Assembly: GCF_009914755.1 (NCBI RefSeq)
Contig: NC_060928.1
Direction: 5' to 3' (one strand)
Length of the DNA: 64,000 bases
Source of the DNA: the human T2T-CHM13v2.0 reference genome, Homo sapiens
Within the stretch, counting starts at the first letter, position 1. Every line of letters starts with the position of its first letter. Positions 14,065 through 28,471 of this stretch are shown here, piece by piece. The notes under the pieces are model-generated. The model ran no database searches and was not told where the DNA came from. It worked only from the letters and a program-made list of their open reading frames with translations. A program made the translations under genes and the position numbers.

Positions 14065-15930
14065 TAATGAGTTTAGCTATGAGACTCTCTCTCCTATTAT
14101 CTCCAATCTGCAAAAAGGAACACTGAACTTCTTAGTGATGTTGGTTTCATTCTTACTACTGTGTTCACACTGGGTTTGAAATACTATGACTCTTGAGCCC
14201 TCCCATGAAACGCTTGTCAGTTTAACTGATCTGGAAAAGAGAGCTGAGTTGCCAGGTGTCAGAGTAGCTAATTAGAGCATCAAGCCAAAAATGAAATAGT
14301 TAAGTCTCTAATTATTTATAGTGATGATGATAAATCATCACTGGAAGAGGCACAAATTATTCTTGTTTTATGTTTTCCCATGGAATTTGTGGGTCAGGTA
14401 GACCAGTGTAAACATTAGGCTCTCTTACTGTTGAGAAAGCCCTGAACGAAAGGTCTGTCAGGATGGAAAAGTATCTTTGAGTTTTCATGATAAGGAGACC
14501 TTGGTGATAAGGAGTTTTCATTATAAGGAGACCTATGGAGGCACAGGTTCTAGGAGTGCAGATATGCATAAGAACATGGCTAGCCAGAGGGGCCTGAAGC
14601 CTTGACTGCAGCTCCCTTCACAGAAGGCAATGCACTGGCTGTGCATCAAGGCTGGTGTGGGGAGGGCAGCTTTCTCCAGCGAAACCTGCCAGGTAAAGAT
14701 TTTGTGATTAGTCTATGGTGAGACCTGAAAAGTCACACATAGGTTTTTAATCAGGAACTAGACTCCTCAACACAATCTTCTGATGGGTCTTCTTGACACA
14801 CATAATAATGAATTTTGGTATCCTTACACGTCTCCAATTCTTCCTTTGTTCCTATTCTGCCTTCCAGGCCAACTCTAGGATTTTTACTCCACTCAGCTTG
14901 GTCCCTTGGTTTCATCAGGTTTATAACAGCTGGTTTGTTTCATTTCCAAATGTACTTGGCAGTGAGTCAAATCCCATATCCTCAGACTTTGCCCTCTAGG
15001 TAACATATTCTTGGTTATCCAGACTTATGTTCTGTCTCCCTTGAGCAAGCTCTCTTACATTAAATCTTGTGTTAATACTACGCTGATTCTTGCCAGAATA
15101 TGCTAGGAAATTATTTGATTTTTTGAATATATAATTACTTTCTGCCTTTATCAGATACAGCATATCTCTAGCTATTTATACTGCAATTTAATCTTACGTA
15201 TAACCTAAAAGACAGAAGGGAAGATGGGGGCATCTCCTGAATGTGCGTTTGCCAGAGAGTATGGGTCTGGTTCACTTGTGGATGAGGATAATTGCAGTAT
15301 ATTTTAACTTGCGGATAGTGCTATCTCTCATAATGGACATGTGGACCACTTTTGTAAATGATGACAAGGGAGTCTGAAATATCCGCATCCTCAGTAATGT
15401 CTATTTATGTTTTCTATTCCATTTTTTAGCATCCCAGTTTTTGCAACAAGGGCCCGGATTTTGGCACAAGAGTACTGTCTTGGCAAAGCACATAAACATC
15501 TTTCAAGCAATGCAACTGCAACTACCAAAACCTGAGTCAGCTGCATAATGGCTTCCACTCCTTTTTTTACAGAATAAAAAGACAATTCTGTAAGGCTATG
15601 CAAGCTACCCTTTGACTCTTACAGTTAGCCTTTATGTGCTGTTCGATGTCCCTTATTTTCTCATTTTTCCTCTGTGCTATGTCAGTTTCAGCTTAGCAAT
15701 CACCAGCCACCTTTGCTTTCTTCATAAGAATTCCTCTCTCACCCACATATTTTTAAAGCCATCACACCTGCAAGGGTGTTCTTCCTTTTCAGTATGTTTT
15801 CCAGGTCAATAACAGTAAAATCTTTACCAACTGGGCTGTGCTCAACATGCCACTAACCATAGTATCCATCTTTTTTCATCAGGCAGTGAATGTGCCACTC
15901 CTGAGACCCCATCTTACAACCTGATTTATC

Positions 15931-15948
15931 AGACTACTCCTGGTACCA
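15931..15948 (-). promoter_or_regulatory. Primer-binding site, tRNA-Leu
   Basis: Minus strand TGGTACCAGGAGTAG, complementary to the tRNA-Leu(UAA) 3' end CCACTCCTGGTACCA (1 mismatch in 15), next to the LTR. Confidence 0.8.
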
Positions 15949-15949
15949 C

Positions 15950-16406
15950 ATTTTAGGTCTTCTGAGAAGCAAGTAACAAGATGGATTTATCTGTGTACAA
16001 GATTTATTTGGCAACTTCCTGTAAAAGATAAATGGGGTATATGGAGCAGAAGTATGCTTAGAGAGCCTTTAGAACACATGTAGCTATGACATCAGTGAAA
16101 TGAAACATAGGAGGAAGGGCAATTGTGTTGTTAGTCTCTGACTGAAGTGCAGAGTTCAATTTGCATTGGCCAGGATGATGGGAAGACTTCAAGCTAAAGA
16201 AACTCATCGGAAGTGCCCCATGTTTTATAGGTATATGCCTCCATTTGTATTCCCTCTACGCTTAAACACTGTCTGGGAGAAGTCCAGGGAGAAAGTGATA
16301 TCTTTATGATGTAGTGGTATACCTAGTGAGATGGCAACTGGGGATATCTGTTAACTATGCTCCTCAGAGCAATAGATTTCATGGGTATATTTTCATGTCT
16401 ACCAAA
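15950..16406 (-). mobile_element. LTR16A-like 5' LTR
   Basis: Antisense LTR16A blocks: GAGAAGCAAG..AAGATGGATT, CCTGTAAAAGATAAATGGGG, GAGAGCCTTTAGA, TAACTATGCTCCTCA. Confidence 0.75.
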
Positions 16407-16847
16407 ACTGGGCATTGTAGAAAAGGGTAATATCATATACTGACTCTGTATTCTCTCTGTTTTCTCTGTTATTGAGATTTATGTCTACTATGCAATTAAA
16501 TTTCTTAGTCTTATAAACTCTGTCTCCCATGCAGTATGCATCACTTGATATACCTGCTCACTTCCAGAGGTTTTTTTTTTTACCCCTGCCTTCTTGGAGG
16601 GCTCTTGCCATTGCCTGTTTAGTGTAGTAGTCAGCCAATAATGTGGGTTGACTTTATTCTCATATACGTAGGTCAAGATTTCTACAGTTACCTTACTGCT
16701 GCTGTTTATCTCTTCCCTAAATTTCAGCTGACCAGTCATCCCAGAGCTGTATACTCTTATATTGTAAGCTACAGAATCTCCAATTTGAGGTTGCCCAAGA
16801 TGAGTTAATGTTGAGAAGTTGAATTCATTATAAAAACTTTGAATTCA

Positions 16848-17246
<399 letters not shown>

Positions 17247-17678
17247 TTATAATGTTTTCAAGTATTTTCTTAAGGAATACTCACACTTCAACAGTGAGCC
17301 AAGTATATGGAAAAAATAATACTCCAAGTAGAAGTTCTACAGTGATTTTTCTATTGGAATCACATCTTCCACCCTGAGTCCTACTAAATTTCCAGGTTTG
17401 CTCACAAACTCTGAACACTGCTTCATGCAAATTTGAGCCAGGAAACCTGTGGTTTTCTGGCTAGTACATTTAGCGAAAAAAAAGCAAAGCAAATAAACAG
17501 CAAAGAAACCTCTTATTTTTCTCCTTTCCAGCTGTACCCTTGCAAGTATAAATTTTTCACCTGGTACTTTTTGTTTGCAGTCTTTCCAAAGCTTTTGAAA
17601 TATTTTCTTTCTAAAATAATTTTTCAAGAATATCTGTTTCACTTGTGAAAAATTCTACCTGAATATGTCCCCAATCAC

Positions 17679-18063
17679 TACTATTGTCTGAATGTGTCGT
17701 CTAAAATTTATAAGTTAAAACTTAATCACCAATGTTACATTATTAACAGCTGGATCTTTATAAAGTGACTAAGAAATGAGGGTGGAGCTCTTATGGATCA
17801 GATTAGCATTTTATAAAAGGCTTTGAGGGGGCCAGTCCATTCCTTCTGGGTTTTCACCATGTGAATGCACAGCGTTTGTCTGATACAGACAAAGAAACAT
17901 TCAAGGTGCCATACTGGAAACACAGAGCAGTCCTAACCGAATACTAGTGTCATGATGTTGGATTTCCCAACCTCCAGAACTGTAAAAAAAAATTACATTT
18001 CTGTTTTATTTAAGTTACCCAGTCTCAGGTATATTGTTACTGCAGCATAAATGAACTAAAGCT
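17679..18063 (+). mobile_element. MST-family (MSTC/D-like) solo LTR
   Basis: CTATTGTCTGAATGTG start, CCTCCAGAACTGT and TTACCCAGTCTCAGGTAT end; perfect TSD ATCAC. Confidence 0.8.
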
Positions 18064-20315
18064 ATCACTACTTCTAGCACAATTGGGAGAAAACAAAATA
18101 ATTACAAAGTATAAATAGCCCAAATATATTAATAACTACAGAAATGTAGCCAAGCGTATAGGCAATTGAGTATAACAAGTGAGAAATACTTGGCAGAAAA
18201 GGAGAATTCAATGAGCAGAAGTCTATGAAAATGTAGTAACCATCAATGATGAGAAAATAAAAAGCAAAATAATTTTAGGGTTGATCTCATTCATGACTTT
18301 AGGAAAGACAGCCATAAAATATCTGATAGTGCTGGATTTTACAATTAAATAGAGAAAAATACAACTACTGTTGAGAGTCTCAGGGGTAGGAATAATGCAT
18401 TGTACCTCAGGACAGTAGATTCCTCTTAATAAAACCGAAGGTAGTAGGATTAGAGACATGTAAATAGAGGTCCTCAAACACCCCTAAACTTTCAAATATT
18501 TAATTTTTAAAGTATATAGAGCAAACAGGGCAAAAATATTCACTTTTAAAAGTTATTGGTTACAGTTTCATTTTTCATATTTATTGCAAAATAGATTTAA
18601 CACTTGATCTAAAAGATTAATGTCATAATTCCTAGGAAGATCTGGGAGTATGACTCCAGTTGTGATTCCTCAGCACCAAATTCAATAATATATTCAGCAC
18701 AGATTGTAGAAGCTAGGAGAATTTGAGAATGACAGGTGTTTTCATGTCAGAATATTATACTGCATGTTTATATTATTCGTGGTGTTGTTTGAAAATTATT
18801 AGTACTCCTTGTTCAAATGAGATAATTTCTAAATTATGTTATTGGACTTTATTCAAAAATTATTTATTTTTTAATAGATATGTGCGGAAATAATAATGCT
18901 TCTCAATGGTCAAAAATGACCAAAATCTCAAACATTGTTGTCAGCTCTTAAACTCCAGGAATAGTTTTGTTCAGTTGAGTAATATATGTGTATTTGCCTA
19001 ATAGTGTGTAAATTTAGCCACCAATTAGAATATTATTAGATAGAATTTTAGAAATAAAATTTGAAAGTCTGAAGAAATTTCTGCCATCAGAGTAATTAAA
19101 ATACTTGTGAGCCAGAAATGTCAAAATGCAAGTAGGTCACTAATGAAAACCAACTCCAGTTCCCCACACTAAGCTGCATCTAACAAATTTTTGACTGCCT
19201 TCACTTTAGATCTGATTACCATCCTTTTATGTTCTTGAACTATTTATATTCAACTCCTTGTCTCAGGGTTTATTTCTGGTACTATCCCAATAAAAACACA
19301 ACTTTATTATTTAGTTAATGGTTTCTGGAGTCCTTTTTTTCTGGAAATCATTCCTGGCCTCATTTCTTTTAGATTCTAACTTCAAACCAGAGAAAGTGAT
19401 GTGAGTTTCAGTACAAAGCCCAGCACTCCTAACTTCAGTCTAAACTTACTTTTATTCTAATTGTTTTGTTTATTGATCTCATTGCAGTCTCTCAATTTTT
19501 TTAACCTTTGTGGTTTCGACAGGATTAAACAACATTTGACTTATTTCTTTCTGCTTCTAATGTTTCTCCCTCTTTTTTGATTCTGAAATTTCTGTGAATG
19601 ACTACACAAATGATGTGGTTTTAGTAAACCCTATATTCTATATATTATGATATTACAGTTAAATGTCAATAAAAAATATAGCTAAAAAGCAACAAAAAAT
19701 GTTATGGATTATCGCCCTTTGCTATCTCTTCCCCCAAGCTGAAATACCTTACTTCTATGAGAAATCATTAGAAATTCAGTGTTAGTTTTTAACATTAAAG
19801 TGGATGTCTCTAATAAAAATAATTGTCTATAAATTGAATAGCACTTGAATTATTGCCATCATATAAAAATTAGTTGCAAAGCTGTTACTCATCTGATGTT
19901 ATACTTTTACTTATATACATATTCTCAATGTATGTTTTTTCTCCTAATATTTCAATGATAGATTAAGATTCTATATTGCTACCCATCTCCACAGGAGTGT
20001 TCCCACTGAAATAGCTCTTGAAACTACAAATGGTGTCATGAATGAGAGATAAAAAATTTTGTATTCGCTAATGTAATTGGTGATTATGATGAATTGGCAG
20101 TATCAAAATAGAAGGAAGTGTGATGGAATGCTGTGAAGTGAATGAATGATCTGAAGACAATTGATTTAAGATAAGAAATGAATGCCATAAAAATGAGATG
20201 AGCACTTATCTTACAAAAAGAAAAAGTTGTAGATATATAGAGAATAGAAGTATCATCACATATTTTAGTCATGTGCAGCATAATCATTGTAAAATATTTA
20301 TGCTACATAATTATA

Positions 20316-21210
<895 letters not shown>

Positions 21211-22162
21211 CTCTCATGATTTTCCTCTCTTGGTTTTGTTGCATATTACTAAAGAATAAAGAGAAATTTTTTTCGATATACAATTTGACAAATAATGTTC
21301 TAGTAAGTTACATTTATTTCAAAAAGTTATGAACCACATATGTTAGCATTAAAAGCAAATATATTATATATAAAACTTTTAGAGTAGAGCCTGATTTATA
21401 ATTGGTACAAGTGGTGTACTATGCAACTTGAAAATGTTAATACATCTAAGTTGCTTAAAGATGTGATATATCATAAATATATAATAAGTAAATGTTAGGA
21501 CTGCAAACAAATACAAACGTAATGATTATAAAAGTTTTTTAAAATAGTATTTTCCTTGACCTTTTTAAATTTAAGATCTCTTTGATGGTACTGGCATTTA
21601 TGGGTCTTTCAACAAATTTTAAGCCTATAGTAGAAAAGTCACTAGTCTATTCAGTAACATAGAAAAAGAGAAGTAATGTCATTGCTATCATAGCAAAACT
21701 GGCAAATTGCTTAAAATGTATGTTAGGAGTACTGTCTAAAATTCAATTTTAATATACTTGGAGAATTTAAATATTTGCATTTTCTATATTTCCCACCTTC
21801 ATTTTATTTAATAGGTGAATTATATTTTGCTAAAAAATATACTTCTAAAGATTAACATTTTGACATTCTGAATAATAAAATAAGTAAAAAATTGAAGTGA
21901 TGATAAAACTGTCTTAAGCTACAAATAGATTAGTTTCTACGTATAAATTGTTGGTGTTTATATTATATATTAACTACATTTACATCAGAATTAATAATAT
22001 TAAATATATGAACTGTACTTGGCAGTAAAAATTCTTGAGATGGTTTTCAAAAGTGACTATTTTGATTAGGTATTTTAAACTATCTAGGCAGCTAGGTAGG
22101 GTTGCATCTCTATTTGTTATACAGCCAAATGACCAGTTTATTCACTCAGAGAAAAACTTTCA

Positions 22163-22190
22163 GTGTGTGTGTGTGTGTGTGTGTGTGTGT
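22163..22190. repeat. (GT)14 microsatellite
   Basis: Read directly. Confidence 0.95.
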
Positions 22191-22559
22191 ATTTTAATAT
22201 TAGAAATATAGGTATAGTTTTAAGTGTTTTATGATAGGTATAGTTGCAAAATCTTCCACTACTGACATAAACGTAGAATAAATATTTGCTCATTATATAT
22301 TTGGTTTGCCATTATAGTCTTTTGTGTTCCTCAATTTTACACTGTTTAAATAATTTACTTATTATGCAGCAATTGTCATAATGAATTACACATATTCAAA
22401 TATAGGAATAATATATTTAGAACTTATGGTCAAACATTGCACAGTTAGAAATCTTTTATTTTTGTACACACACCAGAAAACCTAACTACTTATAAGAGCA
22501 GATTCATGGAAAAATCTGCTTTTTAGGGCAATAATTTCTTTAAACCTCTTCCTTCTTAA

Positions 22560-22875
22560 AACACAATAATATGACATCTTATTTTGGATCCTGGACTAAA
22601 AAAATAAAAAATTATTGAGAAAATTAGAAAAATGTGAATAGTCTGCTTATGATATAATACTGTATCAAGGACAGTATTTTGATAATTGTTTTATGGGTTT
22701 GCAAGATTCTTGTTATAGTAGAGTTTAGGTATGTATATAAATATGTGTATGAATGTTACTGAGAGAGAATAAATTATAAATTAATGCAGTAAATATCATA
22801 CATCATTTCAGAAATACCTGAATAAAGGTTACTTAGAAATTATTTTGTAACTTTAAAATAATTTTTACAATAAAA
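22560..22875 (+). mobile_element. Old L1 (L1MD/ME) 3' UTR fragment
   Basis: TTGGATCCTGGAC..ATTATTGAGAAAATTAGAAAAATGTGAATA..TTTTGATAATTGT pattern. Confidence 0.5.
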
Positions 22876-24486
22876 AATTTTATAATTGGGATTCATTCAG
22901 TGCTGTAATTTTAAATGAATGATAATATAAATGTATCATAAAATACTTCATGTTTTTATAAATGAAATGATAATGAAAACCCAAACATTCCTTATAAAAT
23001 TCTCTTGAAATCCAAGGGATCAAATTAAGATGCTTGGAAATGAAATGTGACATATGTATCTTATATTCAATGAAACATTTAAGCAATTAAACTGCCTTTT
23101 TATAACATTTATATGCTTAATCCCCTAACTAACCTTTTCTCTATCTGTAGTGTTAGGTGATTTCAGACTTATGTATCTTTTGATGTGCTTACCCTCTACC
23201 AAATTTTCTAGGACAAACTATTTACAAATGTTAATGTACCGTTTAGACTAGGCAATGCTTTAATTTAAGTCAGATTTACTTGTCGTTTATTTTCTCTGCT
23301 TCTCTACATTCTTACTTCAAGGATCAGATAACATGTTTAAAACAAAATCCAAACCAAACAAACAAACAAGCAAATAAAAAGGAGCAAAATATGAGATATT
23401 TGATTAAACTGGTGAAGTAGTGTGTGGAGAGTAAATAGTCCACAATTAACTACATTCGATTTAATTTAATTTACTCAGCATTTATCTATTAATGTTTTTC
23501 TGTGCTCATTCACATTAAATAACAACAATAAAAAAGCCTTATATAGTTTTGCAAACAAGAAACTTGGAATCCAGAATTAACTGAGTCTTGACACTTGATT
23601 TGTACCCCAATCCATTATAATACATATATAGATAGGGATGGATGATTTTGTTGTGAAGGAAAGGAGAATATTTCTTTATTTTTTACTGATTTAGTTTGTA
23701 AAGGATTTTAAGGATAGATTAATCTATCCTTAAAAGCCCTATCAGACCAACAAATATTCTTAGGGATAAAGTAGCCAATGATCTCATCACATTCAGCGAG
23801 GATTTCTTTCTCTGGAATCTTAGTTTATTGTCACTTCCATGGCTCTCCAATATAATTAAAGTGGTGATTAGTTTTTTGTAATTTACTGGATATTTCTGTG
23901 TTACAACAGGATTACCGGCTCTCTGCATTCTTACTATATTCTTTCTAGAGGTCAAGTTCTATTACATTTCATTTAGTATGTTCAAATCTATCATTGTGTT
24001 TGTCTTATTTGACTTCTTTGTTATGTATTTATTTATGTTTCTACTCTTCCCCTTTGCTGGACTTTATCTGGCCTCATCATTTGCTTTGTATTTATGTTTT
24101 CCTTTACAATAATATTAGCATTAAATCTAAAAATTAATTACTTTGATAAAAGGCAAATACACATTTCTGACAATGCAAAACCTTAGAAAAGTTCAAATAC
24201 ATATAGCATATTTCAATACATAGCATTGACTTACATATTTTTGATGTATTTTATTTATATTTGTTAAATTCAAAAGATATTGCTGCCTTTATATAGTCAA
24301 TATTTATTTATTTTTATGCATAGTGTATTATTTTTCTTTTCATTCCTTACTACATCACTGTACTGTCATCTATAATAATTTATTCTATGTCCAAAATCTT
24401 ACCTATTTTCTTTTCTGCTGGCCTGTTGATAAAAATGTATTTTGTTTTGTTTGTTTTTATGCTGTCCAGTGATTTCAAACTTACAT

Positions 24487-27400
24487 TACACACCACAATT
24501 ACAGTGTTAAAACATTCTCTTTTGTGTGTATATACTTACTATTACCAGTGAGTTTTGTACCTCCAGATGTTTCCCTATTGCTTATTAACATTGCTTTCTT
24601 TAAGATTGAAGTACCCCTTTAGCATTTCTTGTAGGATGGGTCTGGTGTTACAAAATTCCTCAGCTTTCGTTTATCTGGGAAAGTCTTTATTTCTGCTTCA
24701 GATTTGAAGGATATTTTCACCGAATATACTATTCTAGGGGAAAAGTTTTGTTTTGTTTTGTTTTCTCCTTCAGCACTTTAAATATGTCATGCCATTCCCT
24801 CCTGGCCTGTAAGGTTTCCACTGAAAAGTCTGCTGGCAGAGGTATTGGAGCACCATTGCGTGTTATGTGTCTCTTTCCTCTTGCTGCTTTTAAGATTCTT
24901 TCTTTATCCATGACCTTTCAGAATCTAATTATTAAATGCCTTCAGGTAGTCTTCATTGAGTTAAATCTTCTTGATGTTCTATATACTTCTTGTTGAATAT
25001 TGATATCTTTCACTAAGTTTGGTAAATTCTCTGTTATTATCTCTTTGAGTAAACTTTCTACCCCTATCTCTTTTTCTACCTCCTCTTTAAGGTCAATAAC
25101 TCTTAGATTTGGCTTTTGGATGGTACTCTAGATCCTGTAGTTTTGCCTCATTTTTTTTAAATTTTGTACCCTCTAACTGTATGTTTTCAAACAGTCTGTC
25201 TTTAATTTTACTTATCCTTTCTTCCTCTTGATCAATTCTCCTATTCAAATACTCTGATGCATTCTTCAATATGCCAGTTGCATTTTTCAGCTCCAGAATT
25301 TCTGCTTGATTCTTTATAATTATTTCAATTTCTTGTTAAATTTCTCTGATAGAATTCTGAATATCTTCTCTGTGTTATCTTGAATTTATTGGAGTTTCCT
25401 CAAAACAGCTATTTTGAATTAACTATCTGAAAGGTTACATATATCTATTTCTCCAGGATTGGTCCCTGGTACCATATTTACTTAATTTAATGAGGTCATA
25501 TTTTCCTGGATTGTCTTGGTGCTTGTGGATATTCTGTGTCTGGGCATTAAAAAGTTAGATATATATTGCTGTTCTTTGTAGTCTGGGCTTGTTAGTACTC
25601 ATCCTTCTTGGGAAGGCTTTCAGATCTTCAAAAGAACTGGGTGTTACGATCTAAGCTGTATCTGCTTTTGGCTGCACCACAAACCCTGTAATGCTGTGGT
25701 CCTTGCAGACTCATAGAGGTACCACCTTGATAATAATAGACAAGATATGGAAGAATTATTTAAATTCCAGAACTCTTACTTTTTTCCCTTACATTCTCCC
25801 AAACAAATGGATTCTATCTCTCTACTCTGAGCCACCTGGATTTAGAGATGAAGTGAAATAAGCACTCCTGTGTGCACCATCCGTAGGACTGTGCTGATTC
25901 AATCCCGAAGGCAGCACAGCACTGGGTCTTCCCCAAGGCCTGCTATAGCTACTCCTTGGCTAACACCTATGTTTGCTCAAGGGTCTGGGGCTCTGTGATC
26001 ATCAAGTGGCAGCAATCACTGGGAACACCCATGTCCTTCCCATCAAGGCAGTGTGTTGCCTCAGGCTCTTAGTGGGCCACAAGTGATATTCAGGAGCTGG
26101 GGACTAGAGTCAAAATTCTTAGAAGTCTACCTGGTGTTCTATTGTATTGCAGCTGAGCTGGCATTCAAGCCACAAGAAGCAGTCTTTCCTACTGTTCTCT
26201 CCCCTTTCTAAAGGCTGAGGAGCTTCACTCTGTAGCTACCACCACTACCACAGGCTCATAAGAAGTAATTTTAGACTACTGCCAGTGTTCTATTAAGGCC
26301 CGAGGGCTCTTCGGTCAGCTTGTGTGAAGACTACCAGGCCTTGGACTCACCCTTCAGGGCAGTGGGCTCTTCTCTGGCCCAGGGCAGGTCCAGAACTTCT
26401 GTCCAATGGTCAAGTCCTGGAATCAAGGGTCACAACAGCCTTTTTGGTGCTCTACCAAACTGTGGCTGAGCAGGTACCTGAGGTGCAAGACAAAGTTCTC
26501 TTTACTTTTCCCCACACTTTTCTCATGCAGGTTTCACCCCACAGCCACCACAGCTGGTAATGTGCTGAGTCTCATCTGAAGCCAGCCACTTTCAGATTCT
26601 CACCCCAGGCCCTCAACATAGTACCTCAATATCATTGCTGGTTATTCAGAGCCCAAGGGCTTTTCAGTTGGCAAGGGATGAATTCTGCCAGGAGTTCATT
26701 CTTTCTTTCAAGGCAGTGGGTTTCCTTCTGGCCCAGGGTGTGTCTAGAAATGTCGTTTAGAAAGTAGGGCCTGGAAAGGGGGCCTCAGAACTCTGCTTGT
26801 TGCCTGATCCTGCTGTGGTTGAACTAGTATCCAAGAGGCAAAACAAAGTCCTCCAAAATCTTCCTTCTCCATTCCTCAAGTGGAAGGAAGGGGTTGTTTT
26901 GGGGCCATGAGATTGCAGCCTAGGCTTAGGGGAGGAATTATGTCAGCACTCCCTTAGTCATGCCCAGCTGGTATCTCAGCAGGTCATGTACACCCCCAGT
27001 CCACTGTCTCTGGGCTCAGTTCAACCCTAAGAGTCATTTGGTATTTGCATTATTTGTGACCTAGACTGCCTTCCAAGTTTATTTAGCATACCATAACAGT
27101 TTAGCTTAAAGTGATTAGGCTGCAGGAACTCTAGTTCTGATTGCTGGGTTTGGCAATTCCCTTCTGGCTATGGATGGTTTAAATGCTTCCTCTATGGCAG
27201 ACAACAAGTGAGTTTGGTCCTATTTTGCCTTCTGCTGTAATAAGGCAGCATTGAGTTCAATGTCTCACAATTGCTGCACTCTCCTTATTTGCAGTACACA
27301 GCTTTCTGCACTAAGCCACTGCTGCTGTGGGGTCGGGGGAGGAGTGGCATCAGCGATTCAAGACTATTTTAATTGCTTCTTCAATGCCACGTTTAGCAAA

Positions 27401-27568
27401 ACAAAGGTAAAAGAAGCTACTGTAAGTGCTCACCTGATTTTTGATCCTGATTTTTCGTTCTTAAAAATGTGTTTGTTTGTTTTTTGCATATAGTTGCTAA
27501 ATTGGTGTTTTTGCCTGGAGGACAATTGTTGCAGCCTTCTATTCTGCCATCTTGTGTCAACCTCTTCC
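24487..27568 (-). mobile_element. L1MA-age L1 (L1M2-type 5' end): 5' UTR plus ORF1, no ORF2
   Basis: Minus strand begins ..CAAGATGGCAGAATAGAAGGC (YY1 motif at 27546-27554); long 5' UTR; ORF1p remnant. Confidence 0.85.
24600..25500 (-). pseudogene. L1 ORF1p remnant
   Basis: ORF 24729-24911 reads KERILKAARGKRHITRNGAPIPLPADFSVETLQARREWHDIFKVLKEK, the ORF1p C-terminal region. Confidence 0.85.
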
Positions 27569-28059
27569 ACCTAGTTGTTATATAAATTAACTGCCTAGTA
27601 TTTAAGGAAATAATGGGCAATGGAACTGATTAGACATTTATTTGTAGTTTTCCTTTATGTTAAGCATGTTAGTCATTGTCTAGACTTTGTAACATATCTT
27701 CCTGAATTCTTTTTGGATCCTATGGTGTCACACATTTTAACTGTTGCATCATTGCATTCTATTTTCCTTAAAATATTCTGTTCAACATAATATGCTGTAG
27801 TAAAATATCAAAGCCCACTGCAGACTAACTCATTTATGAACCTAATATCTATAAACTGTCATCTTTATAGAAAGTCTAAGAATACAAATTGCATTGCTCA
27901 ATAAATAACAGGTGTGCTCATGTTAGAGTAAGGACAAATTTAAGGGAATTATTTGTCAACTTTGGATCAATAAAGTTTTCAGAGGTGATCACAGATGCCA
28001 CATTATCAAGGCTATGCAAAATAAGTATATACCAAAGAATATATATTAACAAGGATAAG

Positions 28060-28471
28060 TTTCATGCGCGTCTGTGTGAAGAGACCACCAAACAGGCTTT
28101 GTGTGAGCAATAAAGCTTTTAATCACCTGGGTGCAAGCGGGCTGAGTCCGAAAAGAGAGTCAGCTAAGGGAGGTAGGGGTGGGGCCGTTTTATAAGATTT
28201 GGGTAGATAAAGGAAAATTACAGTCAAAGTGGGGTTGTTCTCTGGCGGGCAGGAGTGGGGGTCACAAGGTGCTTATTAGGGGAGCTTTTGAGCCAGAATG
28301 AGCCAGGAGAAGGAATTTCACAAGATAATGTCATCAGTTAAGGCAGGAACAGGCCGTTTTCATTTCTTTTGTGGTGGAATGTCATCAGTTAAGGCAGGAA
28401 CCCGCCATCTGGATGTGTATGTGCAGGTCACAGGGGATATGATGGCTTAGCTTGGGCTCAGAGGCCTGACA
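28060..28471 (-). mobile_element. HERV-H solo LTR7
   Basis: Minus strand TGTCAGGCCTCTGAGCCCAAGCTAAGCC..GCGCATGAAA; two TTCCTGCCTTAACTGATGACATT repeats; TATAAAA at 28188-28194; ATTAAA at 28118-28123; perfect TSD ATAAG. Confidence 0.95.

Larger units (their letters stand above)
13130..15948 (-). mobile_element. ERVL-class internal region (HERV16-like), degenerate gag and partial pro
   Basis: Directly follows a Leu PBS and an LTR16-like LTR; ERVL gag-like blocks; no long ORF; left boundary approximate. Confidence 0.65.
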
